From a bacterium (GTDB lineage: Bacteria > Planctomycetota > Planctomycetia > Pirellulales > Pirellulaceae): DNA of 64,000 nt. Below, one piece after another: positions 27,410 through 37,486 of this stretch. The first letter of the stretch is position 1; each line of letters opens with the position of its first letter. The DNA lies in the NCBI GenBank assembly GCA_024743355.1, contig JANSWS010000002.1, positions 2,475 to 66,474 of the forward strand, given 5' to 3'. The position numbers were made by a program, and so were the translations under genes. The notes below the pieces were generated by a model, which saw nothing but the letters and a program-made list of their open reading frames with translations, searched no databases and was not told the origin of the DNA.

Positions 27410-28795
27410 CTAGGCGGCGGTGGGGGCGAATACTTGTTCGAGTCCATACTCGACGGCATCGATGATCTGCCTCAAGTGTTCAGCGGTAACGCTGAGCGGG
27501 GGCATCATGACGATGACATTTCCAAGCGGTCGCAACCAGACATTTTTCTCAAGGGCCGCCTGGCAGACCAGATGGCCCTTGCGCTCCGCCCAGCCAAAAC
27601 CCGTTTGAGTCTCGCGATCCTGGACCAATTCGACCGCGGCAATCAAGCCTTGGCTGCGAATGTCACCGACATGCGGATGCCCGCGTAAGCGCTCCAATTG
27701 CTGTTGCAGTTCGTTCTGCATTTGGTTGACATGTTGCAACGTGTTCTCGGTTTCGAATAGTTCCAGTGTGGCCAGGGCCGCCGCGGCTCCCAGTGGATTG
27801 CCACCGAAAGTGTGTCCATGAAACAGGGATCGCGACTGGGAGTATTCACCGAGAAAAGCATCCCAGATACGTCGGGTGGTGAGCGTGGCCGCCACGGGCA
27901 AATAACCGCCGCTCAATCCTTTGCCGGTGCATAGAAAATCGGGACACACGCTCTCTTGTTCACAGGCCCAGAGGGTGCCCGTGCGCCCCATGCCGACAGC
28001 GATTTCGTCGGCGATCATCAGCGTTCCATATTCGTCCGCCAGACTCCTGAGACCTCGCAGAAATCCTCGGGGGTGCATGATCATGCCTGCCGCCCCTTGG
28101 ACAAGCGGCTCGACGATGATGGCCGCAATGCGATCGGAGAATCTCTCCAGCAACTCGCGATAATGTTGCAGATAGTGTGCGCACAGTTGACTGGCATCCC
28201 TGATCTCAGGTGGCCAGCGATAGCTATCCGGGCAGGGGCCGCGAATCACCTCAAACAGCAACGGGGCGAACATCGCATGGAATCTGGAAACACCGCCAAC
28301 GCTGACGCTGCCCAGCGTATCGCCATGATAGGCATTACCGACCGCCAGAAAGAGGTTGCGGCCGGGTTCTGGCTCGGGGCACTGGCGCCAGTACTGGAAT
28401 GCCATTTTTAAAGCTACTTCCACCGCGCTGGAACCATCGCTGCTAAAGAACACGCACTGCAAGGACTCCGGCGAAAGCTCCACCAAGCGCCTGGCGAGTT
28501 GGATCGTGGCGGGGTTGCTTTGGCCCAGCGACGTAACGTGCGCGACCTGATCCAGTTGCCGGCGGATCGCCGCATCGATATGCGGATGTCGATGACCGTG
28601 GATGTTACACCACAGGCTACTGACTCCGTCCAGCAGTTGACGCCCTTGCGAATCGTAGAGCCAAACGCCTTCCGCCCGCTCGATAATCAGCGGCTCGTAC
28701 TCGGCCATCTGGGTAAAAGCGTGCCAGTAATGCTGGCGGTCCCATGATTCCAATTGATCGTTGGAGGGCCGTTGGTGGTGTTGTGTTGGAGCCAC
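27410..28795 (-). CDS. bioA: Adenosylmethionine-8-amino-7-oxononanoate transaminase
   Basis: WHAFTQM, LDGVSSLWCNIHGH, YHGDTLG, VQGAAGM, GKGLSGGYLP and FHGHTFGGNPL motifs. Confidence 0.95.
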   Translation of the reverse strand: MAPTQHHQRPSNDQLESWDRQHYWHAFTQMAEYEPLIIERAEGVWLYDSQGRQLLDGVSSLWCNIHGHRHPHIDAAIRRQLDQVAHVTSLGQSNPATIQLARRLVELSPESLQCVFFSSDGSSAVEVALKMAFQYWRQCPEPEPGRNLFLAVGNAYHGDTLGSVSVGGVSRFHAMFAPLLFEVIRGPCPDSYRWPPEIRDASQLCAHYLQHYRELLERFSDRIAAIIVEPLVQGAAGMIMHPRGFLRGLRSLADEYGTLMIADEIAVGMGRTGTLWACEQESVCPDFLCTGKGLSGGYLPVAATLTTRRIWDAFLGEYSQSRSLFHGHTFGGNPLGAAAALATLELFETENTLQHVNQMQNELQQQLERLRGHPHVGDIRSQGLIAAVELVQDRETQTGFGWAERKGHLVCQAALEKNVWLRPLGNVIVMMPPLSVTAEHLRQIIDAVEYGLEQVFAPTAA

Positions 28796-28842
28796 GACGT
28801 TACCGGGAGAATTCTCGAACGGAAACTTCTACCAGGAAACCC

Positions 28843-29139
28843 CTACCAAGAAACTTCAACCCGGGCGCCTACTTGGACCCCCAGCATAGCGCTGGCGCTG
28901 TCGTCAACCAAGGAGATTTTGATCGGTCCCGAGTCGGCCGCGATAGCAACCAAGGTCATAGATGGTTGCTGATGGTTCGGAGGATAAAGACCGTAGGTCT
29001 CGTGTTCGTCCACGACGATCCGCAATGACGCATCACGAGGCGCGTCCGCAAGATCTCCAGCCTGAATGTCGGTAATCAGACTACCAGCTTCGTCCACCGC
29101 GACGACTTTTCCGGAAAGCGTCCCTGTCACTGCGTTCAT
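28843..29139 (-). CDS. Stand-alone SAM hydroxide adenosyltransferase (DUF62) C-terminal domain
   Basis: GKVVAVDEAGSLITDI...LVAIAADSGPIKISLVDDSASAMLGVQVGARVEV resembles the C-terminal domain of the adjacent DUF62 protein. Confidence 0.7.
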   Translation of the reverse strand: MNAVTGTLSGKVVAVDEAGSLITDIQAGDLADAPRDASLRIVVDEHETYGLYPPNHQQPSMTLVAIAADSGPIKISLVDDSASAMLGVQVGARVEVSW

Positions 29140-29283
29140 CTCGACTCTCTAATGAGGACCCGGCCATCCTGACAATCAACGGTGGCAAGCGATTCCCTGC
29201 GTCTGCCGCCGACATTTCATGGGCGAATTGTAGCAACTAGCCACGGGTTTGACACGCACCATTGTTAAAAGGCAGGTTAATAC

Positions 29284-30117
29284 TCAATCCAAACTGAGCA
29301 CGTCACCAACCGTGAGCCCATAGGTTTTAGCCGCGGAGCCGTTCACGATGGCCAGTTCCCACAGACCGCTGGAACCTCGCAGCAAGACCAATTCACCGGG
29401 CTCCGCTGCACCATAGGTGGAGACGACGGGGACACACAGCCCCTCGCAGGGGAGCCTTCGCATTGCCTGGGTTTCCAATTTGGGGCCCGAGTTTCCAGCT
29501 TGCAATGGGCCTGTCAGCCGAAGGCTTGAATCTGCAGGGGGCGAGAACGACCCCTCCAGTTGCACGTTGCCAAAATGATCAATGGCCACAATCCTTGGTT
29601 GCTTTGGGTTGAGAGATCCCCCCGAAGGGTGTTTGTCTGCCAGCCTTTGCAGATCTCCGGCTGGTTTTCCGAGTTCGGCCAAGCAAACGCCATTGGCAAG
29701 GTGGGCCGCCACGGGGGCCATGATATCCCGTCCATGAAAAGTCGGGCTAATCGCAGGTCTCCAAAACTGTTGGTTTTCGACTACCACGCATTCACGGCAC
29801 TCGTAATCCTGCAGGACCTGGCTGAGCAAGCCGTTGTCGGGCAGAACAAACAACTGAGCGGCAATCTCCGCGGCAACCACGCGTCGGCTGGTGCCCACTC
29901 CTGGATCCACAACGGCGACATGGATCGTTCCGTCTGGAAATGCCGGGACAATTTCACGCAGCATTCTGGATGCGGTGGCTATATCCTGCGGTGGGACGTG
30001 GTGCGAGACATCGATTAGCCGACTGAGAGGGGATAGTGAGAGAATCACTCCCTTCATCTGAGCGACGTAGCTATCTTGAAGACCAAAATCCGTGAGCAAA
30101 GTAATAACTGCAGCCAT
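29284..30117 (-). CDS. SAM hydroxide adenosyltransferase / chlorinase-fluorinase family (DUF62)
   Basis: ITLLTDFG, FPDGTIHVAVVDPGVGT, PDNGLL, TFHGRDIMAP and DHFGN motifs. Confidence 0.95.
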   Translation of the reverse strand: MAAVITLLTDFGLQDSYVAQMKGVILSLSPLSRLIDVSHHVPPQDIATASRMLREIVPAFPDGTIHVAVVDPGVGTSRRVVAAEIAAQLFVLPDNGLLSQVLQDYECRECVVVENQQFWRPAISPTFHGRDIMAPVAAHLANGVCLAELGKPAGDLQRLADKHPSGGSLNPKQPRIVAIDHFGNVQLEGSFSPPADSSLRLTGPLQAGNSGPKLETQAMRRLPCEGLCVPVVSTYGAAEPGELVLLRGSSGLWELAIVNGSAAKTYGLTVGDVLSLD

Positions 30118-30202
30118 GATGGGTCCACCCGCAAATTGACACCCGATTTAAAGAGCCAGGCATGACCTTGCGATATCGAAAGCTTGTAGCTGGCGAAAGT
30201 TT

Positions 30203-31678
30203 CTAAAGCTCCGCTTCGATGATCTTCTGGCTTAATTCCCTGACTAGCCGCGGGTCCGCATTGGCATTTTTTTTCTTGGCCGCACCGATCAAAGCTCCTA
30301 GAGCTTTAGTGTTGCCCTCCTTGTATTGCGCGACGATCTTAGGATTCTCCGCCAGCAATTCGCGGCACAAGGCTTCGATCTCGCTCTGGTCTACGTCCTT
30401 GATTCCCAAGGCTTGCTTGGCAGATTGAACATTGCTGCCGGGATGTTGCAACCAATATTGGAAGACGTCCTTAGCCCGCGTGGTGTCCAGATCACCAGCA
30501 TCAACAGCCAGAACCAGCTCCGAAAGCTGCTCAGCGGTGATGCAGAAATCTTCTATGCCCTGATTGGACTCGTTCATCACTCGCAAGACCTCTTGCTGAA
30601 TCCAACTGCTGCTGCGTTTGGCGTTGGCCCCGGCTTGAATCATGCGGTCAAAGTAATCGACAACCCCCCTGCCCTGCGAAACAATAACGTCGGCGTCGTA
30701 AGGCTTCAGGGCATGTTCATTGACCAAGCGTTGGCGAATGGCGCTCGGGGATTCACCGAGCTGGCTACGAGCGTATTCCAATTGCTCCGAAGTTATGTGC
30801 ACGGGTACCAAGTCGGGGTCAGGAAAATAGCGATAGTCGCTGGATTCCTCCTTCTCGCGTTGCGGAATGGTGACACCGCGTTGGTCGTCCCAGCCAAAAG
30901 TCCGCTTTGGCGCATCGCCTAGAACCGCGCCCGTGCGTTGCCATTCATCGTATTGTCGCTGGGATTCATAAATCAGAGCACGTTCGACAGCCCGGAAGCT
31001 GTTCAAGTTTTTGACTTCCACGATGGGAGTGGCCAAGGTTTCACCATCCCGATCGATATGAAGATTGATGTTGGCGTCCGCCCGCAGGCTGCCCTCCTGC
31101 ATGTTGCAATCGGAAACACCGAGATAGGTCAGCAACAGCCGCAACTCGGTCAGGTAGGCTTTGGCTGCTTGAGGAGAGTGCAAGTCGGGTTCGGATACGA
31201 TTTCCAACAAGGGCGTCCCGGTCCGATTCAAGTCAATGCGACTGGCTGATTTACCGGCAGCTTCATCGTGCATACTCTTGCCGGCATCTTCCTCCAAGTG
31301 AGCACGGATGAGTCGCACACGCAACATTTGCTCGGGTTGGTCTGGATCACTGAACTCTAAGTATCCCGGACCGCAAATTGGCTGATCAAATTGACTGATC
31401 TGATAGCCTTTGGGCAGGTCTGGGTAGAAGTAGTTCTTGCGATCCCATTTGGTAACCGATGCGATCTCACAATTGAGCGCCAAGCCTGTGCGAATTGCCA
31501 AGTCTATGGCCGAGCGATTCATAACCGGCAGCGCTCCGGGCTGCCCTAAGCAGACCGGACAGACTTGGGTGTTGGGAGCCGCTCCGAACTCGGTCGAGCA
31601 ACCGCAGAATAGCTTGGTGCGTGTACTCAACTGCACATGAACCTCCAAGCCAATCACAATCTTGTAGGGTACTTCCAT
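30203..31678 (-). CDS. gatB: Asp/Glu-tRNA amidotransferase subunit B
   Basis: IGLEVHVQL, RKNYFYPDLPKGYQISQ, DLNRTGTPLLEIVSEP and YRYFPDPDL motifs. Confidence 0.98.
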   Translation of the reverse strand: MEVPYKIVIGLEVHVQLSTRTKLFCGCSTEFGAAPNTQVCPVCLGQPGALPVMNRSAIDLAIRTGLALNCEIASVTKWDRKNYFYPDLPKGYQISQFDQPICGPGYLEFSDPDQPEQMLRVRLIRAHLEEDAGKSMHDEAAGKSASRIDLNRTGTPLLEIVSEPDLHSPQAAKAYLTELRLLLTYLGVSDCNMQEGSLRADANINLHIDRDGETLATPIVEVKNLNSFRAVERALIYESQRQYDEWQRTGAVLGDAPKRTFGWDDQRGVTIPQREKEESSDYRYFPDPDLVPVHITSEQLEYARSQLGESPSAIRQRLVNEHALKPYDADVIVSQGRGVVDYFDRMIQAGANAKRSSSWIQQEVLRVMNESNQGIEDFCITAEQLSELVLAVDAGDLDTTRAKDVFQYWLQHPGSNVQSAKQALGIKDVDQSEIEALCRELLAENPKIVAQYKEGNTKALGALIGAAKKKNANADPRLVRELSQKIIEAEL

Positions 31679-31858
31679 CAGGCTTGCCTGTCATCGCGAT
31701 TGAATTTTGCGTAAACTAGAATGTTGCCCCGCTTTGATTTCACTTTGTGGATGCCATAAAGGCGGCGGCTCAAGCGTTTCCTCGCTCAGGACACATTCTC
31801 TCTGTTGGGTGAATCTGAGAACCTCTCAAAGTTCGCGTTTGGGAATTGCTTTGCTTGC

Positions 31859-33346
31859 TCATGTAGCCGGTGGTTCAGCCACTTGCGGTGTGAACAATCC
31901 CGCCTGTTGTAGTTGGAAGGCCGCATTAAGCAATCGGGATTCTTCCAACGCGGGCGCCTGCAATTGAACAGCAACTGGCAGGCCCTCCGATGTAAAACCT
32001 GCAGGAACAGAGATCGCGGGAAGCCCTGCCAGATTGGCGCCAACCGTGAACAGATCTCCCAGATACATCTGCACGGGGTCATCTAGTTTCTCACCCAAGG
32101 GATAGGCGGGAGTCGGGGTGACGGGCCCCAGCAGCAGATCGACATCTTGGAACGCACGATGATAGTCTTGCGTAATCAATCGTCTTACTTGCAGGGCTTT
32201 CTTGTAGTATGCGTCGTAGTAACCTGCGCTCAATGCAAAGGTCCCCAGCATGATGCGTCTCTTCACTTCAGGTCCGAAGCCTCGACTGCGGCTGCGCGAA
32301 ATCATGGCGTCTAAGGGCGATTCGGCGGAGGCGTCACCCAGTTCCCGGTACCCATAGTGCACACCGTCATAACGCGAGAGGTTGCTGCTGGCCTCGCAGG
32401 GAGCTACCAGGTAATAGGTAGGGACTGCATATTCCTGGTGAGGAAAGTCAATTTCCAGAATACTCGCCCCTAATTCCTCGAGCATCCGCTGTGTGTGGGA
32501 AACGGCGTCGCGAACTTCGGCTTCCAAAGCGGCGTGTTCGACTTGCTCTCGAATGATCCCGACCTTCAGGCCCTTGAGAGGACGTCCCAATTCAGCCAAG
32601 TAGTCGGGAACTTCCGCAGCGAGCGAAGTGCTGTCTCGGTTGTCGTGCCCGGCCATGATGGCCATGCAAGCCGCTAAATCCTGGACGTGATGCGCCAGTG
32701 GCCCAACCTGATCGAGGCTGCTGGCAAAAGCCACCAGTCCGTAACGACTGATTCTGCCATAAGTCGGCTTCAAGCCGCAAACGCCACAAAATGCCGCCGG
32801 CTGCCGTACGGAACCTCCCGTGTCGGAGCCGATGGACAAAGAGCACATGCCGGCAGCCAAAGATGCCGCCGCGCCGCCGCTCGAACCGCCGGGGGTTCGC
32901 TGCACATCCCAGGGGTTGCGGGTGGGGCCCAGATAGCTGCTCTCGGTGCTGCCGCCCATCGCAAATTCGTCCATGTTGGTCTTACCGACAATCACCAGAC
33001 CGGCATCCACCAACTTCTGTACGGCCGTGGCCATATACGGTGGACGATATTCGCTGAGCATGCGAGAGCCGCAAGTCGTCCGATCTCCGATCGTGCAGAG
33101 CACATCCTTGATGGCAATCGGCACACCGGCCAGGGGCGAAAGTTGCTCCCCCGACTTTAGACGCGAATCGATTTGTTCGGCTCTGTCCAGCGCCCCTTCG
33201 GCGAGGTGGGTGAAAGCATGGATGTGCTGTTCAGTCTCCGCGATGCGGCTGAGAAAGTACTGCGTTGCTTCAACGCTGGAGAGTTCCCGCGCTTGGATTC
33301 GAGTGGCAAGTTCCAGGGCGGATAGGGTGCACAGATTCATGTTCAA
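31859..33346 (-). CDS. gatA: Asp/Glu-tRNA amidotransferase subunit A
   Basis: GKTNMDEFAMG, PGGSSGGAAA, GSDTGGSVRQPA and ASSNLSRYDG motifs. Confidence 0.98.
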   Translation of the reverse strand: MNMNLCTLSALELATRIQARELSSVEATQYFLSRIAETEQHIHAFTHLAEGALDRAEQIDSRLKSGEQLSPLAGVPIAIKDVLCTIGDRTTCGSRMLSEYRPPYMATAVQKLVDAGLVIVGKTNMDEFAMGGSTESSYLGPTRNPWDVQRTPGGSSGGAAASLAAGMCSLSIGSDTGGSVRQPAAFCGVCGLKPTYGRISRYGLVAFASSLDQVGPLAHHVQDLAACMAIMAGHDNRDSTSLAAEVPDYLAELGRPLKGLKVGIIREQVEHAALEAEVRDAVSHTQRMLEELGASILEIDFPHQEYAVPTYYLVAPCEASSNLSRYDGVHYGYRELGDASAESPLDAMISRSRSRGFGPEVKRRIMLGTFALSAGYYDAYYKKALQVRRLITQDYHRAFQDVDLLLGPVTPTPAYPLGEKLDDPVQMYLGDLFTVGANLAGLPAISVPAGFTSEGLPVAVQLQAPALEESRLLNAAFQLQQAGLFTPQVAEPPAT

Positions 33347-33461
33347 AGTCGTGTGGGAGTTCGGCCAGGGAAACGCCTCTGCTCAGTTAGTCCTATGGAC
33401 GCGAGCGAGAGCCAAAACGAGGCTGCGTTAGCATGCCCATAGCGGCGAAAAGAGGCTGCGG

Positions 33462-33770
33462 TCATCTGCTGCCGTGTGACTTTTGTCCTAGGACCGGCGG
33501 CACCAAGAAGCACTCGTCATCGTGGCTGGGAGCGTTGTGTAATGCAGATTCACGCGACAGTCCAGGCTGCAATTCGTCCGCTCGCAATACCGAGTGGACA
33601 TCCAGCGGGTGGGCCATCTCCTCCACGCCCGCCGTGTCTACCTCGTTCAGCTTTTCCACAAAAGCAACGATTCGGGATAGTTGCGTCGAAAAGGACGCCA
33701 ACTCTTGCTCGGAGAACTCCAGCCGCGCAAGCGACGCTACTTTGCGAATATCGTCGGTCGAAAGCTCCAT
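33462..33770 (-). CDS. gatC: Asp/Glu-tRNA amidotransferase subunit C
   Basis: KVASLARL, LNEVDTAGVE, LRADE and FLVP motifs. Upstream of gatA. Confidence 0.95.
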   Translation of the reverse strand: MELSTDDIRKVASLARLEFSEQELASFSTQLSRIVAFVEKLNEVDTAGVEEMAHPLDVHSVLRADELQPGLSRESALHNAPSHDDECFLVPPVLGQKSHGSR

Positions 33771-33927
33771 GACGACTGAGCCTAAGCAAATGCGAACCTA
33801 GTTGTATGCCGTCGAACAAGAACGCTTCGCTTTGAGCGCGCGTCATCTCCTCGACCGAAGGTGCGAACGGGCCAAGCAAGCGGCTGGGCGAAAACCATCA
33901 CCGACTTGCTGGTGTCAGCAGGCCAAT

Positions 33928-34191
33928 TCATTTGGTCGGCAGAGCAAATGGTTTCTGTTTGACAACCTTACGGATCACGCCGCTGCGAATGCATTGGGTG
34001 CAGACACGCATCTTCTTGTGCTCACCGCTAGGCAGTTCGACTTTGACGCTCTGCAGATTGGGCTTGAACTTACGGCGGGTGATACCAGTAACCTTGGTAC
34101 CGACACCCCCTAAGTACTTCGCCTTACCGCGGGTTTCTATCTTGTTTCCAACCGAGGCTTGCTTGCCGCAAACTTCACATTGCCGTGCCAT
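33928..34191 (-). CDS. rpmB: 50S ribosomal protein L28
   Basis: MARQCEVCGK...RRKFKPNLQ...RVCTQCIRSG. Confidence 0.97.
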   Translation of the reverse strand: MARQCEVCGKQASVGNKIETRGKAKYLGGVGTKVTGITRRKFKPNLQSVKVELPSGEHKKMRVCTQCIRSGVIRKVVKQKPFALPTK

Positions 34192-34472
34192 GATACGCAG
34201 TCCGCTGATCTATTCTGTTACAAAGCTGATGTTCCGATGAAATGGCATCTGGTGTTACTGCACCGACCGGTGCAACCACACCCTCTACCGCACAGGGGTC
34301 ACTTCGTAGATGCCGGAGTTGAACCGATCCACGAAATTCTCGCCGAACTCATTTTCACGAAGCCGAGCCGTTGGCTGCTCGCTGAGCCCAGATTACTGAG
34401 ACCACATGAGTCCCCTGAAGCCGCTCACCTTTCGGGGGGTGAGCCGTAAGTCTAATAAGAGACTTGGCCCAG

Positions 34473-34500
34473 AGTATACTCCCCGGGCGGCTTGCGACAA
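34473..34500 (-). promoter_or_regulatory. Possible sigma70 promoter upstream of a long rpmB leader
   Basis: TTGTCG-N16-TATACT on the minus strand. Confidence 0.35.
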
Positions 34501-34584
34501 CTGCAAACCGGCGCTACCCCCTCCTGCGGTGAACGCCATCGCCTTCGAATTTCCTGTCGACCGGGCGCCTGAATCTGACTTGCG

Positions 34585-36054
34585 TCAGGCAACTTCGGGC
34601 ACCACGTAGGGGGCTCGGTACTGACGCTTCAGGAAGGAATTGGCTTGTTCGGCGCGATCGCCGACGAACTGACCCTGGTCAACGTTGAATTCCAGCATGG
34701 GGCTGAGACGCACACCATCTTCGGCGGGTTGCACCCCGTGTGCCGCCATGTGTTGCAGCATTTCCTCGTGCAGGCCACCCCAAGTAGGAATTTCCTTGGC
34801 GAGTTCCGCAGCTTCGGCGGCCGTATAGGGCTGGCCTGCCTGAAACGCGATATTGGCCAAATTGCACCAGCCCGTGGATAGATTCCCCATCTCCACCGGA
34901 GTATTCAGCTGGCTCGCATCGCGACTGCGGCAGCAATCGATGAAGTTCTCCTGGTGCAAGCGGCCACCGCTATTCCCTTTGAACTCTCGAATGACCTTTC
35001 CGTCGTTGTCATAGGCGGCAGCCCGACCACGTTGGCCTTCGAATCTTCCTCCCTCGCAGTAGGCGATGTAGCCGCTGCCTGGGCCCGGATGTGCGGGTGA
35101 CTTGGGTTGGTCGGGACCGGCCGTCATGTTGGACAGTCCAATGATGGTAGGGATCTCACCGGTGTCGAAATAAACAAAGTGCACATTTGGCGTATCACCA
35201 GCATCATTCCAAGCAACGCGGCCTCCGCCACCCATAATTCGTTTGGGAAGCGCGACTTGGTCTTGGAAGATGTTATTACGCGCATCATCCAAAACATGCA
35301 CACCCCAATTACCCATCTCACCCGAACCTGTATTGAAGTCCCAGTGCCAATCGTACTGAAGCTTGTCACGAAAGATGGGCTTCTCTTGAGCAGGGCCAAG
35401 CCACAGGTCGTAGTCGATGGATGAGTCGATCTTCAAAGGCGTATCGCGGCGACCGATGGGCTGACGAACACCATAGCGATTGACGCGGCAACTGAGGATT
35501 TTTCCGAGAGCCTTTTCTTCGTGCAGGAACTTTTTGATTTCCGCTTGCATGGGATCGGAGCGCTGTTGCGTTCCAACCTGACAGATGCGTCCGTACTTGC
35601 GGGCAGCTGCCACCGTTTGGTCACCTTCCCATTGCGAATGCGAAAGCGGTTTCTCGACGTAGACGTCTTTGCCCGCCTCCATGGCCCAGATGGCGGCCAG
35701 ACAATGCCAGTGGTTGCAGGTGGCAACGACTACGGCGTCGACATCTTCGGCGTCGAGCAATTCGCGGGCGTCTGCAAATTTCTTGGCCATGGGAGCCACA
35801 TTGGCGCTGGCTGTTTCCACCCGCGAAGCGTCCGGATCACACAATGCGGTAATGTTCACGCCATTCATGCTGCGGAATACCTGCATGTGCTGACCGGCCC
35901 GGCTGCCACAACTGATGAAGCCCAAGCCGATTTCATCGTTGGCCATGGCTCTGAGCGGAGTGGCAGGGAAGCTCCACACGGCTCCAGCGGCGGCGGCGGC
36001 TTTCAAAATCGAGCGGCGATTCAGTTGGTTTTTTTCAGGGGGTGTTTTAGTCAT
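34585..36054 (-). CDS. Tat-exported Gfo/Idh/MocA oxidoreductase
   Basis: NRRSILK Tat signal, and NHWH, GKDVYVEKP, QVGTQQRS and GNWGVHVLD motifs. Confidence 0.93.
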   Translation of the reverse strand: MTKTPPEKNQLNRRSILKAAAAAGAVWSFPATPLRAMANDEIGLGFISCGSRAGQHMQVFRSMNGVNITALCDPDASRVETASANVAPMAKKFADARELLDAEDVDAVVVATCNHWHCLAAIWAMEAGKDVYVEKPLSHSQWEGDQTVAAARKYGRICQVGTQQRSDPMQAEIKKFLHEEKALGKILSCRVNRYGVRQPIGRRDTPLKIDSSIDYDLWLGPAQEKPIFRDKLQYDWHWDFNTGSGEMGNWGVHVLDDARNNIFQDQVALPKRIMGGGGRVAWNDAGDTPNVHFVYFDTGEIPTIIGLSNMTAGPDQPKSPAHPGPGSGYIAYCEGGRFEGQRGRAAAYDNDGKVIREFKGNSGGRLHQENFIDCCRSRDASQLNTPVEMGNLSTGWCNLANIAFQAGQPYTAAEAAELAKEIPTWGGLHEEMLQHMAAHGVQPAEDGVRLSPMLEFNVDQGQFVGDRAEQANSFLKRQYRAPYVVPEVA

Positions 36055-36346
36055 GGTTGTCAGCGTGTGTCTTGCGGTATTGGTTGTTGTTGAGACAGAT
36101 TGGGCAACGACATCTTAACCCAGTTTAAGTGCGTGTGGCAACTTAGCCGTGAAGGTAAGCCTGCCAGCTCAGATGGAGCATGCCGATGATACTCCTGCCG
36201 TCATGCTGGTGGCGGCAAGGCCTTATGCAGGTGCTTGCAGTGGCATTCAGGCTGCTGTGAACAACCAAGCATCAGGCAGAAACGTGATCGAGGGACGCGG
36301 CCCAGTGGCCCAGTCCGAGCCTGCAAGATGAAAAGCGTCCGCATGA

Positions 36347-37399
36347 CTACGGCTTGGCCAGCCACGCCACATGCCCAGGCGTGGTTACGGGAATACTCCA
36401 CAGCTTATGGCCGCTAGTAATGAATAGGGTCTTCAAGTCATTTCCGCCAAAGGCGCAATTGGTAATCATGTCGATAGGCACGGGAATGGTAGCCAGGAGT
36501 TGGCCCTGGTCAGTGGAGATCTGTTCGGGGGAGATGACGTACACTGCGGCCCGGTAGCGGCTCGCCGTCTCATGGGGTGGGGCAGGCTCATTCAAACCGG
36601 CAGTCACGTACAGGCGTCCCTGTTGATCGATCGCCATGCCATCCGGTCCCCTCTCCGTTCCCCAGTCGAACAACAACGTTTGCGAGTTCGGCACAATCTC
36701 TCGAGAATCCGAAAGCTCGAATCTCCAAAGCTTACGCGAATTCGCATAGGCATCGTTGGCGTTATCGGCGATGTAAAGAAATCGGTCATCGGGCGATATG
36801 GCAATCCCGTTGGGTCGCTCGACCTCGTGAGCAAGGAGCATCTTGATTTCACCTTGCGGCGAGATTTGATATACGCCTTCGATGACCTCTCCCTTCTCAT
36901 CCAAAATTTCCAACCCGTCGCGCTCGCCATAGCGCGGGTCGGTGAAATAGATGTAGCCACGCATATCGATCGTAATATCGTTGGGAGAATTCAGCTTTCG
37001 ACCCTCAAAATTATCTGCCAGTACACGGATGGTGCCATCTTTTTCCGTACGAGTTACGCGGCGATTGCCACCCTGTCTGGCTCCTTCGCAGGCGAGCAGG
37101 CGTCCTTGCAAGTCGAACACAAGACCATTGGCTCGTCCGGATGGATGGCGAAAAACTTGCAAGTTTCCAGACGGATCTCGCCGCATGATCCGGTTATTCT
37201 CCACGTCGGTGAAATAGACGCTGCCGTCGGAATGCCACGCGGGGCCTTCGGTAAATGCAACCTGCGCCTGCGATTGGACCCGAGCTCCGGGCGGCAGTAC
37301 GTCTTGGGCCAAGCTGCTCAGGCTGGAAGCCAGATAGACGATGGCTGGTAGATAGCAGGCGACCCGAATTGGGGCGATGGCTGGCGGTTGTTGTGGCAT
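36347..37399 (-). CDS. SMP-30/gluconolactonase/LRE family protein
   Basis: FTEGPAW, NSPND, PNGIAISPD, PDGMAID and TNCAFGG motifs. Confidence 0.93.
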   Translation of the reverse strand: MPQQPPAIAPIRVACYLPAIVYLASSLSSLAQDVLPPGARVQSQAQVAFTEGPAWHSDGSVYFTDVENNRIMRRDPSGNLQVFRHPSGRANGLVFDLQGRLLACEGARQGGNRRVTRTEKDGTIRVLADNFEGRKLNSPNDITIDMRGYIYFTDPRYGERDGLEILDEKGEVIEGVYQISPQGEIKMLLAHEVERPNGIAISPDDRFLYIADNANDAYANSRKLWRFELSDSREIVPNSQTLLFDWGTERGPDGMAIDQQGRLYVTAGLNEPAPPHETASRYRAAVYVISPEQISTDQGQLLATIPVPIDMITNCAFGGNDLKTLFITSGHKLWSIPVTTPGHVAWLAKP

Positions 37400-37486
37400 G
37401 AATGGACTCCCGAAAAATCATCTGGCGATCGCTGTCGCCCTTTAGCCATCGCCAGCTGCCATCGCCCACTCGCGATCCCCCAGACG

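Noticed and set aside
34301-34337. tRNA or tmRNA gene
   Set aside because: Only a T-loop-like hairpin is present. No acceptor stem, CCA end, D arm or anticodon arm could be built.
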